The position numbers and the translations under genes were made by a program. Shown in pieces: positions 11,193 to 22,455 of a stretch of DNA of 64,000 nt. The stretch is taken from contig OZ374562.1 in NCBI GenBank assembly GCA_977862235.1, forward strand, positions 1,488,001 to 1,552,000, given 5' to 3'. The notes under the pieces are model-generated. The model made no database searches and was not told the DNA's origin. It saw only the letters and a program-made list of their open reading frames with translations. Every line of letters starts with the position of its first letter. Position 1 is the stretch's first letter. The stretch comes from Dudresnaya verticillata (taxonomy: Eukaryota).

Positions 11193-12280
11193 ATGTCCGA
11201 GGGCGCAGCTATACGCACTAAGACCCAGGCTAGTACGAAGTATAGCCGTATCAAGAAGAGACTCGCCACTGCCGTGGTGAAGGATCCGTTCTTCGAGGAA
11301 CTGCTCAACGTGAGCCGGTCAATCCTTGAGACCTACCAACAGACAAGCTCGAGAAACACCGCCGCCGTTTTCCCCCGGTTGACGTCGTCAAAGAACACAT
11401 TCAAAGTCTTCTTCCTACTCCATCCGTCACCTACACGGAGAAATTCTTCACCGCTCCGGTCTTCCTGATCGTTCTGCTGCACGATGTTGGGAAGTTTTAC
11501 GGACGTGGTGACATACCAGAAGGTGCCGTAGAGGGAACTGCACTTTCCGATCTTAAGGCTGAAAGTCCCAACCTGCTCACGCATTGTGGGCATGTTGGGT
11601 TCGCGAACCTTCAGGATTTGAACGCGCGTAAAGTGAAAGAAGTTCTTGAAGCTTATCGTCGCTTCCGTGGAGACTTACCCTTCCTTCGCATGAAAAGAGC
11701 AAACAACCAGTCTTATGGAAACGATGTGACTCTTCCAATGAGTCGTGCGGGAACTGAACCTTCACCCGTCGTCGCGAAGGAGACCAATGCTGAGCGAAAC
11801 ATTTGCCAAGATTCTCCTGCGCCTCTTGATATAAACCCGTCGCGCGCTGAGAGACTTTCTGCCCAGCCGGATCGCCGTGCGAATAGTGCTTCGAACGTTT
11901 ATGTTGAAGCTCATGGTCAAGATGACTTCCTCCCGGTGCGAGACGAGTCTCGTAAGGCAGCTTACGTGCATCAGTACTTCAAGTCATGCAAGTTCACTGG
12001 CGATATTTCTCAGTCCATAGACTTGTTGCTTCGTGATTACAATATCTGCACTCGTCAACATCGTCTTACCCCGGTGCAAAAGGCAGACTACTTCATCAAT
12101 GTTCTAGAAGGCGCTGCGCGAAACTTCTTCTTCAACAATGCTCGAGACGATATGTCATTCAATGACATGGCGAGGCTAATGAAGAACGAGTACGACAACG
12201 ACGCTCGACAGCTCCAAGTTCAGACCTCCTTGGAAAACCTCAAGCTCCACCGTTTTATGTCCGAGAAGGAGATAACCTCT
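11193..12280 (+). pseudogene. Retrotransposon gag-like gene of an older host element, cut by E2
   Basis: ORFs 11193-11468 and 11618-12280; capsid-like segment KFTGDISQSIDLLLRDY...FINVLEGAARNFF...EYDNDARQLQV; protein-like sequence stops exactly at the TGT of the E2 LTR. Confidence 0.65.
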
Positions 12281-13187
12281 TGTGGCATAGCTGTAAGACC
12301 ACCTGTGCCACACACGCGCAGCTGTAAGACCAGCTGCGTCACGTGTGCACTGCTGTGCGCACGCTGTCAGCCGTTGGCGCCGAAGCCCTGCTGAACTGTA
12401 AGGAAGTGCGCAGTGGCGCGCGCAGCTGTAAAACCAGCTGCGCCACGAGTGCACTGCTGTGCGCACGCTGTCAGCTGGAGGCGCCGAAGCCCCGCTGAAC
12501 TGTAAGGAAGTGCGCAGTGGCGCCCACGTGTGCACGCGTACATGTACGTGCACGTGTGACACTGAAACACCCATGTAATTTCTACGTTTATTGTTTTGTA
12601 GTGTACAGCATCGTCTAGTGTAAGCGGCGGTCGAACGCCCTGCTGTCCTGCGCGCTGCGCGCGCGCACTCCGGCGTCGAGCCGTTGAGTACGTGTGGACC
12701 GTTTCGCCCACGCGCGCCCGCGGGTTACCGTTACCCGTACGCGTCGACGCGTGTTGGGGTGCACCGGTACACCTCCCGGGTTGGTGCCGCCGCAGGCCCT
12801 GTAGTATATCTAGTAGTCGCCCCTCTGGGCTTCAGTAAACCAGGCAAGCCAGCCTACGCCAGCCTTGCCCTTTCTGCTTTGGGTTTCTTTCCCAGTCCTT
12901 CGCCCTACGGTTCCCTCTTTCCCTAGCCGCCTAGGCTTTACTTTTCCTTTCCCTACCGTCGGCTTCGTGCCGTCCCACTACGGGGACGCAGGGATCTGGC
13001 CGCTGCCGCCCGCGTACGGTACGCCCCGTGCGCGCTCAGGCTTCGACGCCATTGATCCGCGACCGTCGACGGCGCGCGCGGCCGACACCACCGCTCTACC
13101 ACCACAGCTACCACCCTTCGACGGGTCTGGGTGCGACTGATCGACCAGCGCAGCTAGACGTCAGTTCGACCTGATATCTATGCCACA
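12281..13187 (+). repeat. 5' LTR of E2 (907 bp) containing a 104-bp tandem duplication
   Basis: TGTGGCATAG...CTATGCCACA termini; 3' half homologous to the E1 LTR; two copies of a 104-bp unit at 12316-12523. Confidence 0.92.
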
Positions 13188-13188
13188 C

Positions 13189-13210
13189 TGGTCTCCCGAC
13201 CTAGAAGTCG
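13189..13210 (+). promoter_or_regulatory. Primer-binding site of E2
   Basis: TGGTCTCCCGACCTAGAAGTCG, 22/22 identical to the E1 PBS region. Confidence 0.88.
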
Positions 13211-13253
13211 CAGAAGACCCTATCACCTCTCGCCGACGCGATCGAGGCCAAGA

Positions 13254-15679
13254 ATGCCGCCGCTACCTACTTCGGCCGCTGCCGGTTCGGCAGACGCCGC
13301 GGCAGGTGAAGTTGGCGGTCGACGCACTTCCTTGCTGAGTAACGTCGGCGTCTCAGGAGCTCCCCTAGAGGAACCGCGCATCGAGCGCAGGACAGGGCGG
13401 CTATAGCCAAGGCCCTAGGAGGGAGAACGGTATCTGCGACCGACCTCCAGCTACTCTACGAGGAGACGATGGACTCACTTTCGGAAGTGTACGACACCTT
13501 CATGGCCTCAGTCGCAGACGCGCGGGCACAAGGTCAACGTGACCTGGAGTCGCTTCGACGCGGAACGCTCGCCTCCGTCGAGGAAGGATTAACCCGAACT
13601 CAAGGGCTCCTCGACGAGCTACGCCAACGCGTTGAGTTGATTGAGCACGCACCGGCGCGGTATGACCGGCGGGCGGCCAGCCCGTCTCCGGTGCGGAGTC
13701 GTCCTCTGCGATCGCCGTCTCAAGCGGATCCGGTTCGCGAACTGTCCAAAGCCCTCCTCGCTGAGCGTCGTGCTCAGCGAAACCCGTTTTCTCCACCGGC
13801 CTCTCCGCCTAGGAGTGGGCAAGGGTCCCCTCGCCCTACAAGAGATGACGACCCCTTCTACGGGGTCGACCCCAAGCTACTGCAACGCGCCCTCGACGGG
13901 CGCGGAGTTGGAGGGGCATCTAGCCCCTCACCACACGAAGGTCCCGTGTCGGCCTACTGGCACTGGGGGCCATTGATGCCGGGCGTAGAGCCGCTGAGCA
14001 CCTTGGCCCCCGAATTCGCAAAGGCAATCGACTACCGCTCCTATCGTCTAGACGACATAAGACAGCGGGACAATCAGCAGAAAGTCTGCAATGGCAACAC
14101 CGCCAAGATTGTCAGCCGGATGAAGGCTCTCATGCCACGGCTAGATCGCCACGACGGCAAGGAACCCATCCGCTTGCTTGGCGTGCCTAGACAGCTACGC
14201 CAAGCCTTCAACGGCGTCGGCCTGTCGGAAGGCGCAGCGGCGCGAGTGGTGTCCTGGTTCCTAGACGGAACGGCATCCCAGGTGTATTCGAGTCACCTTT
14301 TCTCGGGGGTCCGGACGACTAGTCCCGGCAGCCCCCCGTGCTGGGCCTCGGTGGTCAATACCCTCGTCGAGAGGTTCGTCACCGACGACGTGATCGCCGA
14401 CGCGCACGACCGACTGACCACCGCCCGGCAGCGGGACGTCGAGTCGTAACTCGAGTTCGCCTCTCGTCTAGAGGGCTACGCAGATGACTGTGCCGGCGTC
14501 TACTCCGACGAGAACCTGACGCACCAGTTCCTGCGTGGTCTGCTTCCGACCCCCCGACCCGCAGTAGCGGAGAAGGTAAGGCAGATGCCGATGGTCGAGC
14601 AGACCAACTTCAGTACCGTTCGTCGGATCGCCCACAGTGAGGGTACAACCTACCGCGCCCGCATGGCCAAGGCGTCGACGCCGGCCATCGTTTCGGGGCA
14701 CGGTAGGGGAAGCAGTTCGCCAAGCGGCCGCACACTGCTTATCGAGGCGCCACACACCCCAGATAGGGAAGCGGCCTTCGACGGCACGATGTTGGTGGCG
14801 CCCGATGACGATGGTTTCGAACCCGTCATGGCCGTGCCCGCGCTGTCGACAGCCGGGGCGGCGCAAGCCGAGGAGACCCTCGACATACCAGGACGCATCG
14901 ACGCCGTCCTACCGAGGAGGATCCCTCCGCTTACACCGGCGCAAGAGGCAATGGCCCGCGCTGTCACCCCTGATCGACAGGGGTGGTACATCTGCTGGTT
15001 CTGCCGAGAACTTGGGCACATCATGTACTCGTGCCCATTCGTGACTAAGGAACAGCAGTTGTACTGCGCGTATGCGAACTGCAACCATAGACTGGAGACG
15101 CAGCCGCACGCGCGCAACAACTTGCAGCAGCTCATCGACGAGCGCATGCCGGCAGGCGCCAAGGCAAGTCACCCCGCAAGACGCTTCGACGCGCAGCGGG
15201 GTGGGGCCCGACGCTTCGACACGAGAGGTCCCCCGCAGCGCTTCAACGCGCAAAGTTATCGCGGGGAGCCGCGACAGTACCGCGGGGATCGTCTAGATCT
15301 GCGCCGCGAATACCGAGGGGCAGACGTCCCGCGGTTCCTCACTCGCAACAAGCGGGTCGGGTTTGACGACCAAGCCGGTCGCCAACCTCGGACGTCGACG
15401 CCCTCGAGGCCCGACCCGCAGCGCGAACTGCTTCGGGCAGTGATGACCATGCAGGAGCACACTGGGCTGGCAGCCGACGAGTGGCTCCCGCGAGCGCTCG
15501 ACGCGCAGAGCAAGGGCGAGTCCGCCCGGGGGCAGGTTGAGCAGCCCCCGCTCCTTTCTGACACGCCGCCGCGATCGACGCGAGGCGCCGGCCCGGCCCC
15601 TAGCCAGCCAATGGGATCCGAGGAAGATAGCTCGGATTCCGAAAATGATTTTGACCGGGTCGAACCGGAAAAAGAGTAA
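13254..15679 (+). pseudogene. gag: E2 gag (frameshift near 13400, premature TAA at 14447-14449)
   Basis: ORFs 13469-14449 and 14585-15679 align to E1 gag; knuckle CWFCRELGHIMYSC; both end ...EKE-stop. Confidence 0.92.
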
Positions 15680-18600
15680 AGGCGGCGCCGTTCGTGCGGT
15701 CGCGCGCACCGTCTCTCTCTACCCCAGACCCACCATCCTCCGCCAAGCCGTCGACGGCAGGTAGGACTTCGAGTCCCAACCAACGAAGGACCCCCTCGCC
15801 AAGCAGCTCTGAGGGGCCCCTACGCGAAGAGCCGTCGAAATCCACGCGCTACAGGCCACCTTGTCCCCCGCGGCGTCGACGCAAGCGACAGGCACGACGC
15901 CGAGCGCGTAGGTACCCGTCGACGGATCCCGAGGCACCCTCCGCTCGACGCGAAGGTGCCATGGCTCACTGCGTCGACGCGGAGCCGGCCACTACCCCAG
16001 ACGGGTATGTGTGCCTCTTGTCCTCGGAGATATACCGCGTGTCTGGGTCGCTAGGCGCTGACCCAGGGGTAATGATACCCCACACCATTGCGGTGGACAC
16101 CGGCTCCGGGTACAACCTCATCGCGAAGCGGGCGCTGCCGCCCGGATGGGATCAGCACGCGGCGGCGATGGAGTCGACTCCTCGCCTCGCCGGGGCTGAT
16201 AAGACCCCACTGAGTCTATCGGGGGTGGCGCACCTCTCAATGAGGTTAGGGAACACGACGTTCCGCGTGCCATTCATAGTGGCCGACACCTTGGCCGTCG
16301 ACGTCCTGGTGGGAACGCAGTTCCTCAACGCGCACGTGCGAGGCATCGACGTCGAATCGAAACGCCTATCGCTCCGACGCGGGTGTTCGGTGCCATTCTC
16401 TAGCGCAGTAGACCTGCCGAGGACCGCAAGCCGGCATCGAAGCCGAAGAACCCGTCGACGGGTTTGTCGAGGAAGCACCAGAGGGAGCTCCTCGACTGGG
16501 ATCACGACACCCACACCATCCGCCTCTCTAGGCAGATGGTGCTCCCAGCCTATTCCCAAAGGCTCGTCTCCGTGACGTCAGGAGCAAGTGGGCTGATCCA
16601 CACCGAACCCAAACCCTCGTTGCAGTTCCGCCACGGCGTGAGACTTACCTCACGACGTCGAGTCGATGAGACCCTTCGGGGTCATCGTCGGGAACTTCAC
16701 CGACAAGCCTCGGACCCTGCCTAAGGGTACCGTTGTAGGCTACGCGGTTAGGAACCCGGTGGTGCTGATAACTCCAGACCGCAAAGTCGCGGAGGAGTTC
16801 GGGTGGGTGATGAACATCACCACCCTACCACCACGGGGGCAGAGGCCCCCGGTCAATCAGGGTGCCGTGGAACCATCCACCTCGCCGCCACCGACGAAGG
16901 GAACCGACTCCCAGCCGCTACAGGGCGCAGCTACCGCCGCTGCGAAGGCCAACCCGTCCGCCGAGGACTGGGAGGCGAAGGTCGATCTCTCGTCTATCGA
17001 AGACGAGGTGACCCGCAAGGAGGTCCTCTCCATGCTCAGGAAGCATCAGTCCATGTGGGACGGGAGGCTGGGCACTATTGCCGCCACCTGACACCACATC
17101 GACGTGGAACGGGGCACTCGCTCCATCCGCTCCATGCCCTACCCACAGGGCCCTGCCATGCGCAAGCTGGTGCAGGACGAGGTGGATAACATGCTTGCGG
17201 TTATCGAACCCGCCACCTCGGAATGGGCATCGCCAGTAGTCCTGGCGCCCAAGAACGACGACACAGTTAGGTTTTGCGTGGACTATCGACGTCTCGACAC
17301 GAAAACGCTAAGTGATGCGTACCCTCTGCCGAGGATGGACGACTGCATCGACAGTCTAGGCGACGCAGCCGTCTTCTCGACGTTGGACTGCAACGCGGGG
17401 TACTGGCAAATCCCTGTCGCAGAGGCTGACAGGGATAAGACCACGTTCACTTCGTTCTTAGGGACGTTTCGCTACTTGCGAATGCCCTTCGGGCTGAAGA
17501 ACGCCCCCGCTACTTTCCACATCCTCAGCGGAGTCCGATGGCAGTGTTGCTTGATCTATCTAGACGATGTGATCATTTTCTTGCGGTCGATCGCGGAGCA
17601 CTTTGGTCATCTAGACCAAGTGCTGACTCTGTTGCACAAGGGAGGAGTATCCCTGAAACTGAAGAAGTGCCACTTCTTTCAGTCGCGCGTTGGCTATCTA
17701 GGCCACTTCATCGAACCGGGGAAGCCACGCATGGCGCAGAAAAGCAGCGATTCTTTCCGCCATGCGCAGTTCCCGACCTCCCTGACGAAGGTGAGGTCGT
17801 TCCTCGGCGCGTGCAATGTCTATCGCCGCTTCGTGCGCAACTTTGCGAAGATCGCGCGTCCTCTGACGAACATGACCCGCAAAGACGCAGATGTGGATTT
17901 CGACAATCCAAGCGCCGACGCGCTCGAGGCATATGAGACGCTTAGAGCGAAGCTCATATCGCCCCCTATCCTACGGCTGCCCAAGACGGGTAGACCCTAC
18001 GTCCTCGACACGGACGCATCGGCTTATCAGCTCGGATGCGTCCTACTGCAGGAGCAGGAGGACGGCCAGCTACACCCAGTCGGGTACTGGTCCTACTCGC
18101 TCAACTCGGCGGAGCGCAATTGCTCCGCCACTGAGCGCGAGTGCTTCGCAGTGGTGTGGTCGATCACAACCCTGCGGCCCTACATCGAAGGCACGCGATT
18201 CACGGTTCGAACCGATCACGATGCGCTTCGATGGCTGATGTCGCTGACCGACTCTTCGGGTCGACTGACCCGGTGGCGCCTGCGGCTCGCGGAATTCGAT
18301 TTCCAGATCGAGTACCGCCCCGGGCGGGTATACCAAGTCCCGGATGCCATGTCCTGCTTGGTTCGGCCCCAGCGGAAACAGGAGGAGGTTGACGACGACG
18401 TCCCCAACTTTGACCCCCCGGCGATCGACCGCCCGCAAGGGGCGTCCTCGGCTGAGACACCGGTGGCACGTTCGGGTACAGAACCCGCGGCTCCCTTCTT
18501 GGTAACCACACGCTTGCGGGCCAACGCATCTAAGCGTTCGGCCCCAGCGCAGCCCGTCCCGAAGTCAGTCCGGGGAAGCAGCACCGGCACCGCGCCCAAG

Positions 18601-20257
18601 ACGGTCGTGGCAGACGAACCCCCGGACTTGGCCGACGAGGCGGCGTGGGACGACACCGACGACGTCGACCTCTTCGATCTCCCCCGCGTCGACGCGGGAG
18701 ATGAGCCATCGGACTTGACGTCCATGGAGCCAGTGAAGCTCCCTTCACCTATTTCCGTCGAGGAATTTGTGGACGCGCAGGGGCACGACTCCTTCTGCCA
18801 GACCGTACTGGCCAGGCAGTCCCGTCGACGGGATAGCCATTTTTACGAGGATGGGGATGGGCTTCTAATCCTCCATCACCCGGTCATAGCTTCGCTAGAC
18901 CAGATCGTGGTGCCCGAGTCGTTACAGCCTCGGCTGCTCACGCTCGCGCACCACTCCCTCATCGCGGGCCACCGAGGGCAGAACAAGATGTTCTATTCCC
19001 TGCGTGAGACCTATTACTGGCCGCATATGGCGGCCAGCATCGCCATGACAGTAAGAAACTGCAGGCACTGTTCCCGTAACCGCATTCGACTGCGAAGACA
19101 CCTTTCTGTTCCCGGCCACCAGGCCGCTGGAATCCGTCGCTATCGACATACTGGGCCCCTTGCCCAGGACCAAGTCTGGTCGCAAATTCCTCGTCGTCAT
19201 GATCGACCGCTTTACTAAGCTGAAGCAAGTCGCGCCTCTGCGCACCATTACGGCTTACAAAGTCACAGTTGTCTTCTGTGAACAGTGGGTCTTCCACTAC
19301 GGACCCCCTAGGTCCTTGCTTTCCGATAACGGAAAGCAGTTCACATCGAAGTTCTTCCAAGGCGTCTGCAGGTATTTGGGTTTGAACAATGTGTTCACCT
19401 CCGCGTATCACCCCCAGTCGAATGGACAGGGTGAACCCTACAACCGGACCGTCATGGCCATGTTGAGGAACTACGTCAACGATCACCAAAACGATTGGGA
19501 TTGATACGCCTCTGCGTTGAAGTATTCCTACAACTGTCACGTGCACCGCTCGACGCGGACGACTCCCTTCAGCTTAGTGCTGTCACGGCCTCCGCCGGAA
19601 TTTACTAAGTTTCACTCGGCGGTCGACCGCCCGAAACCTAGTGAGGATGTCCGAACGGACTTCCTCAAGCGGTCAGACACCGCTATGGGCCCGGCTTCTG
19701 CCGCCCTGGCCAAAACGCAGAGGCGTTACAAAAAGGACTTTGACCGACGGGTCCGGAAGGTCAACTCCCGCATCAAGGCCGGGGATTGTGTCTTCATCGA
19801 CGCCACAGATCGGGTGACGAAACCACCGAAGTTGCAGAGCCCGGCCATCGGGCCTTATCGCGTGCTGCTTAACGACGAGCGCACGTTGTTTATCGACAGA
19901 GGCGGCCTGGTCGAACGCATCGCAGCGGACCGAGCCGTCTTCTGTCCCCCGCCTCTGCGGGAAGACACCGCGCGTCGAAGCGCGTACTTGCCCACCGCCG
20001 ACGATCTCGAGTCCAAGGCCCTCGACGGCCCACGGTTCGTGGTGGACAAGATACTTGACCATGGCACGGCCGAAGACGGCACGCTGCTCTTCCAGGTCAA
20101 GTGGACCAGCTACTCTAAGCCGACTTGGGAACCTCGATCCCATTTGCCGGAGGAGATGGTGAGCAAATACTTCCGCGCTCAGAAACGTCGGAAGGGCTCT
20201 GGACTCGACGCCCCATCCCCTTCACTCACCCCCTCGGTGGGCGCGCCTCGTGCTTAA
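15680..20257 (+). pseudogene. pol: E2 pol (PR-RT-RH-INT-chromodomain), multiply disrupted
   Basis: AVDTGSG, YLDD, DTDAS, SDNG, GPY and chromodomain FVVDKILDH...VKWTSY...TWEP spread over ORFs 15694, 16464, 16666, 17104, 19160 and 19517. Confidence 0.95.
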
Positions 20258-20956
20258 GGAGGGGGCCCCAAGCATTCTTTGCCTGTTATTGCCCTCATCC
20301 AGGCATCCTTTGCCTTTTCCCGGCGACGGGAACACGTGGGGCCTAAGTCCCACGGCAAGGGCATGAATTGCGGCTTCCTAAGCCGGCGGCCCAAGCCGAA
20401 AGCACCCCGCGCCAATGGCAGAGGCCAAGGAGCAGGGGTGCTCTGCGAACTGCGCATCGCAAGGACGCTGGGCACGACGCCTTTCGCCACTGCCGGCTCG
20501 ACGCCCGGCAGTAGCGACGTCCCGCTACGCGGAAGACAACCCACACAACATCGGGGGTTGTCTGAGCAACGCCGACGCGAAGCCGCGCACAGGTGGCGAA
20601 GGGCAGGCGTCGACGCCCCCTTCTCCACCGCCACGCGGCAGAAGCCCAGGCAAAAACGAGTGCACGCGCAGGCCGAGTCGACTTGGACGGAGGGCCTTCG
20701 CCACATGCGCACGCGAAACGAGCTTCGAAGCTCGATGCGACCCGGCTGGAGCAGCCACTGAGCTATTCAAGCCGAAGCGCCACCGACGTCGACGTCAAGT
20801 GGCAGCTGCACGCAGACGGCGGGGGGCAGGCGTCAACGCCCCCTTCACCAACGCCGCGCCGCAGCCGCGCGTAATCTTCGGCCAACACCCACCTCCCTAG
20901 CGCCTAGCCGGGCGGGGTGCCAACGCGCACAGCCCCCACGTCGATGTGGGCTGGCT

Positions 20957-22455
20957 GTGGACCTCCTCATGGCAATGCGGCAAATTTACGGAAGCTTTTC
21001 AATCTTTCCCGTAGAGTGGAGCGAGGGGCTACTGGTTCCAATTCACAAACGCGGTTCGCGAGGAGACCCATCAAACTATAGACTAATTTTATTACTCTCG
21101 CATCTACGCAAGTTTGTTGACCGCTCGATCGCATATGAAGTTAAACGACATTTCACCCCACACTTAATGCAGCTAGGCTTCCAAGCAGGGCTCCGAACTG
21201 AAACTGCCATTGTCCTAGCCCAACAATCCATCAAGTTCGGGGATGACTACGTCGCTATTATAGACATAAAGAGTGCATACGACCGAGTTGACCGTCTCAA
21301 ACGCCTTAAACGCTGCGAAGAGATACTACCTCATCACCTAACTCGTATTACTGCAGCCACCCTTGGTCCCCTTGTTGTACGAAGGGTAGGCGACCGCTCT
21401 CCGTGCACTGGAACAGTCCACAGAGGCGTGATACAGGGCTCTCCCCTGAGCCCAGAACTGTTTAACATCTACATCGAACCGCTAGCCGAGCTTGGAACAA
21501 TGTTCCAGGCTCCAACTTGCATCAGCACGCTTTCCCTGTCGGCTTGTGGTGGATGACTGCCTTCTGAATCTAAACTCCCTATAGGAGTTAAGTAATGCAC
21601 TGGAAATCTGCAATGATTGGGCCCAACGCAGTTGCATGACATGGTCGGCAGCAAAATATCACCTCCTCCAAACACGACACCGTCTGCGCCCGTTTTAGTT
21701 CGGGGTTCTGCATTGCTGGAACATACATAGAGGCGGTCCCAAACGCACAATATTTAGGAGTCGAGTTAACTGGCGATGGCATTGGACCCCAGTCCATACT
21801 CAACCGGATTCAGACCGCGAAAACTGTTGGTATGCTGTCCAGCGCAGGACATATCACTCCACGAATGCCGCACAGTGCCGCTCGCTTCATTTACTGCACG
21901 TTTGTCGGTCCCATTATCGAGTACGCGCTGGCATTGACCCCACTAACCCCAGAACTCGAAGAAAACATGTACAGCATGCAGGTTCTCTTCCTCCGGGTCT
22001 CAATTGGTCAGCGGACACACTAAATGCCCTCACACGGGCTCAGAAAGCCGTCAGCACTCTTTAGAATCCCAGATTCCCCCCATCGCCGTCAACAGCTACA
22101 ACATTCCCTAGTACGCCGGCTCCGAAAACTCTGCCGTTCCACTACCCCGAAAGTGCCCTGGGCTGCATCATCAGCGCTCCACACAGCCAAGGTCTCGGCA
22201 ATTGATGGCCTGCGTAATATAATCCTCTCACCACAAATGCCCCCAACTTCACCGTGCTCAAATTGCAGCCTGGACCCGCATACTTGCTGGGACACGGCCG
22301 GCTCCTGTCTACACTTCAACACGCTTTGCGCCAGCCCTGCAATTGCAATGTACCTTACATGGACTTCTCTCCATACAATGGCACTTAGGGACGTTCTCGG
22401 TCCCTCCCCAAACTCGACAGCCGCCCACCGCGTCCGCCGCCTACAACCCTATTGA
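20957..22455 (+). pseudogene. Non-LTR retrotransposon (LINE) reverse transcriptase remnant, 5'-truncated
   Basis: LVPIHKRGSRGDPSNYRLI, QLGFQ, DIKSAYDRV, GVIQGSPLSPELFNIYI, then frameshifted VDDCLL and YLGV. Confidence 0.9.

Larger units (their letters stand above)
12281..20955 (+). mobile_element. Ty3/Gypsy chromoviral element E2, same family as E1, 3'-truncated (no 3' LTR in window)
   Basis: 5' LTR, identical PBS, gag and pol clearly homologous to E1; the GC-rich 3' region ends abruptly at a LINE RT fragment. Confidence 0.93.
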
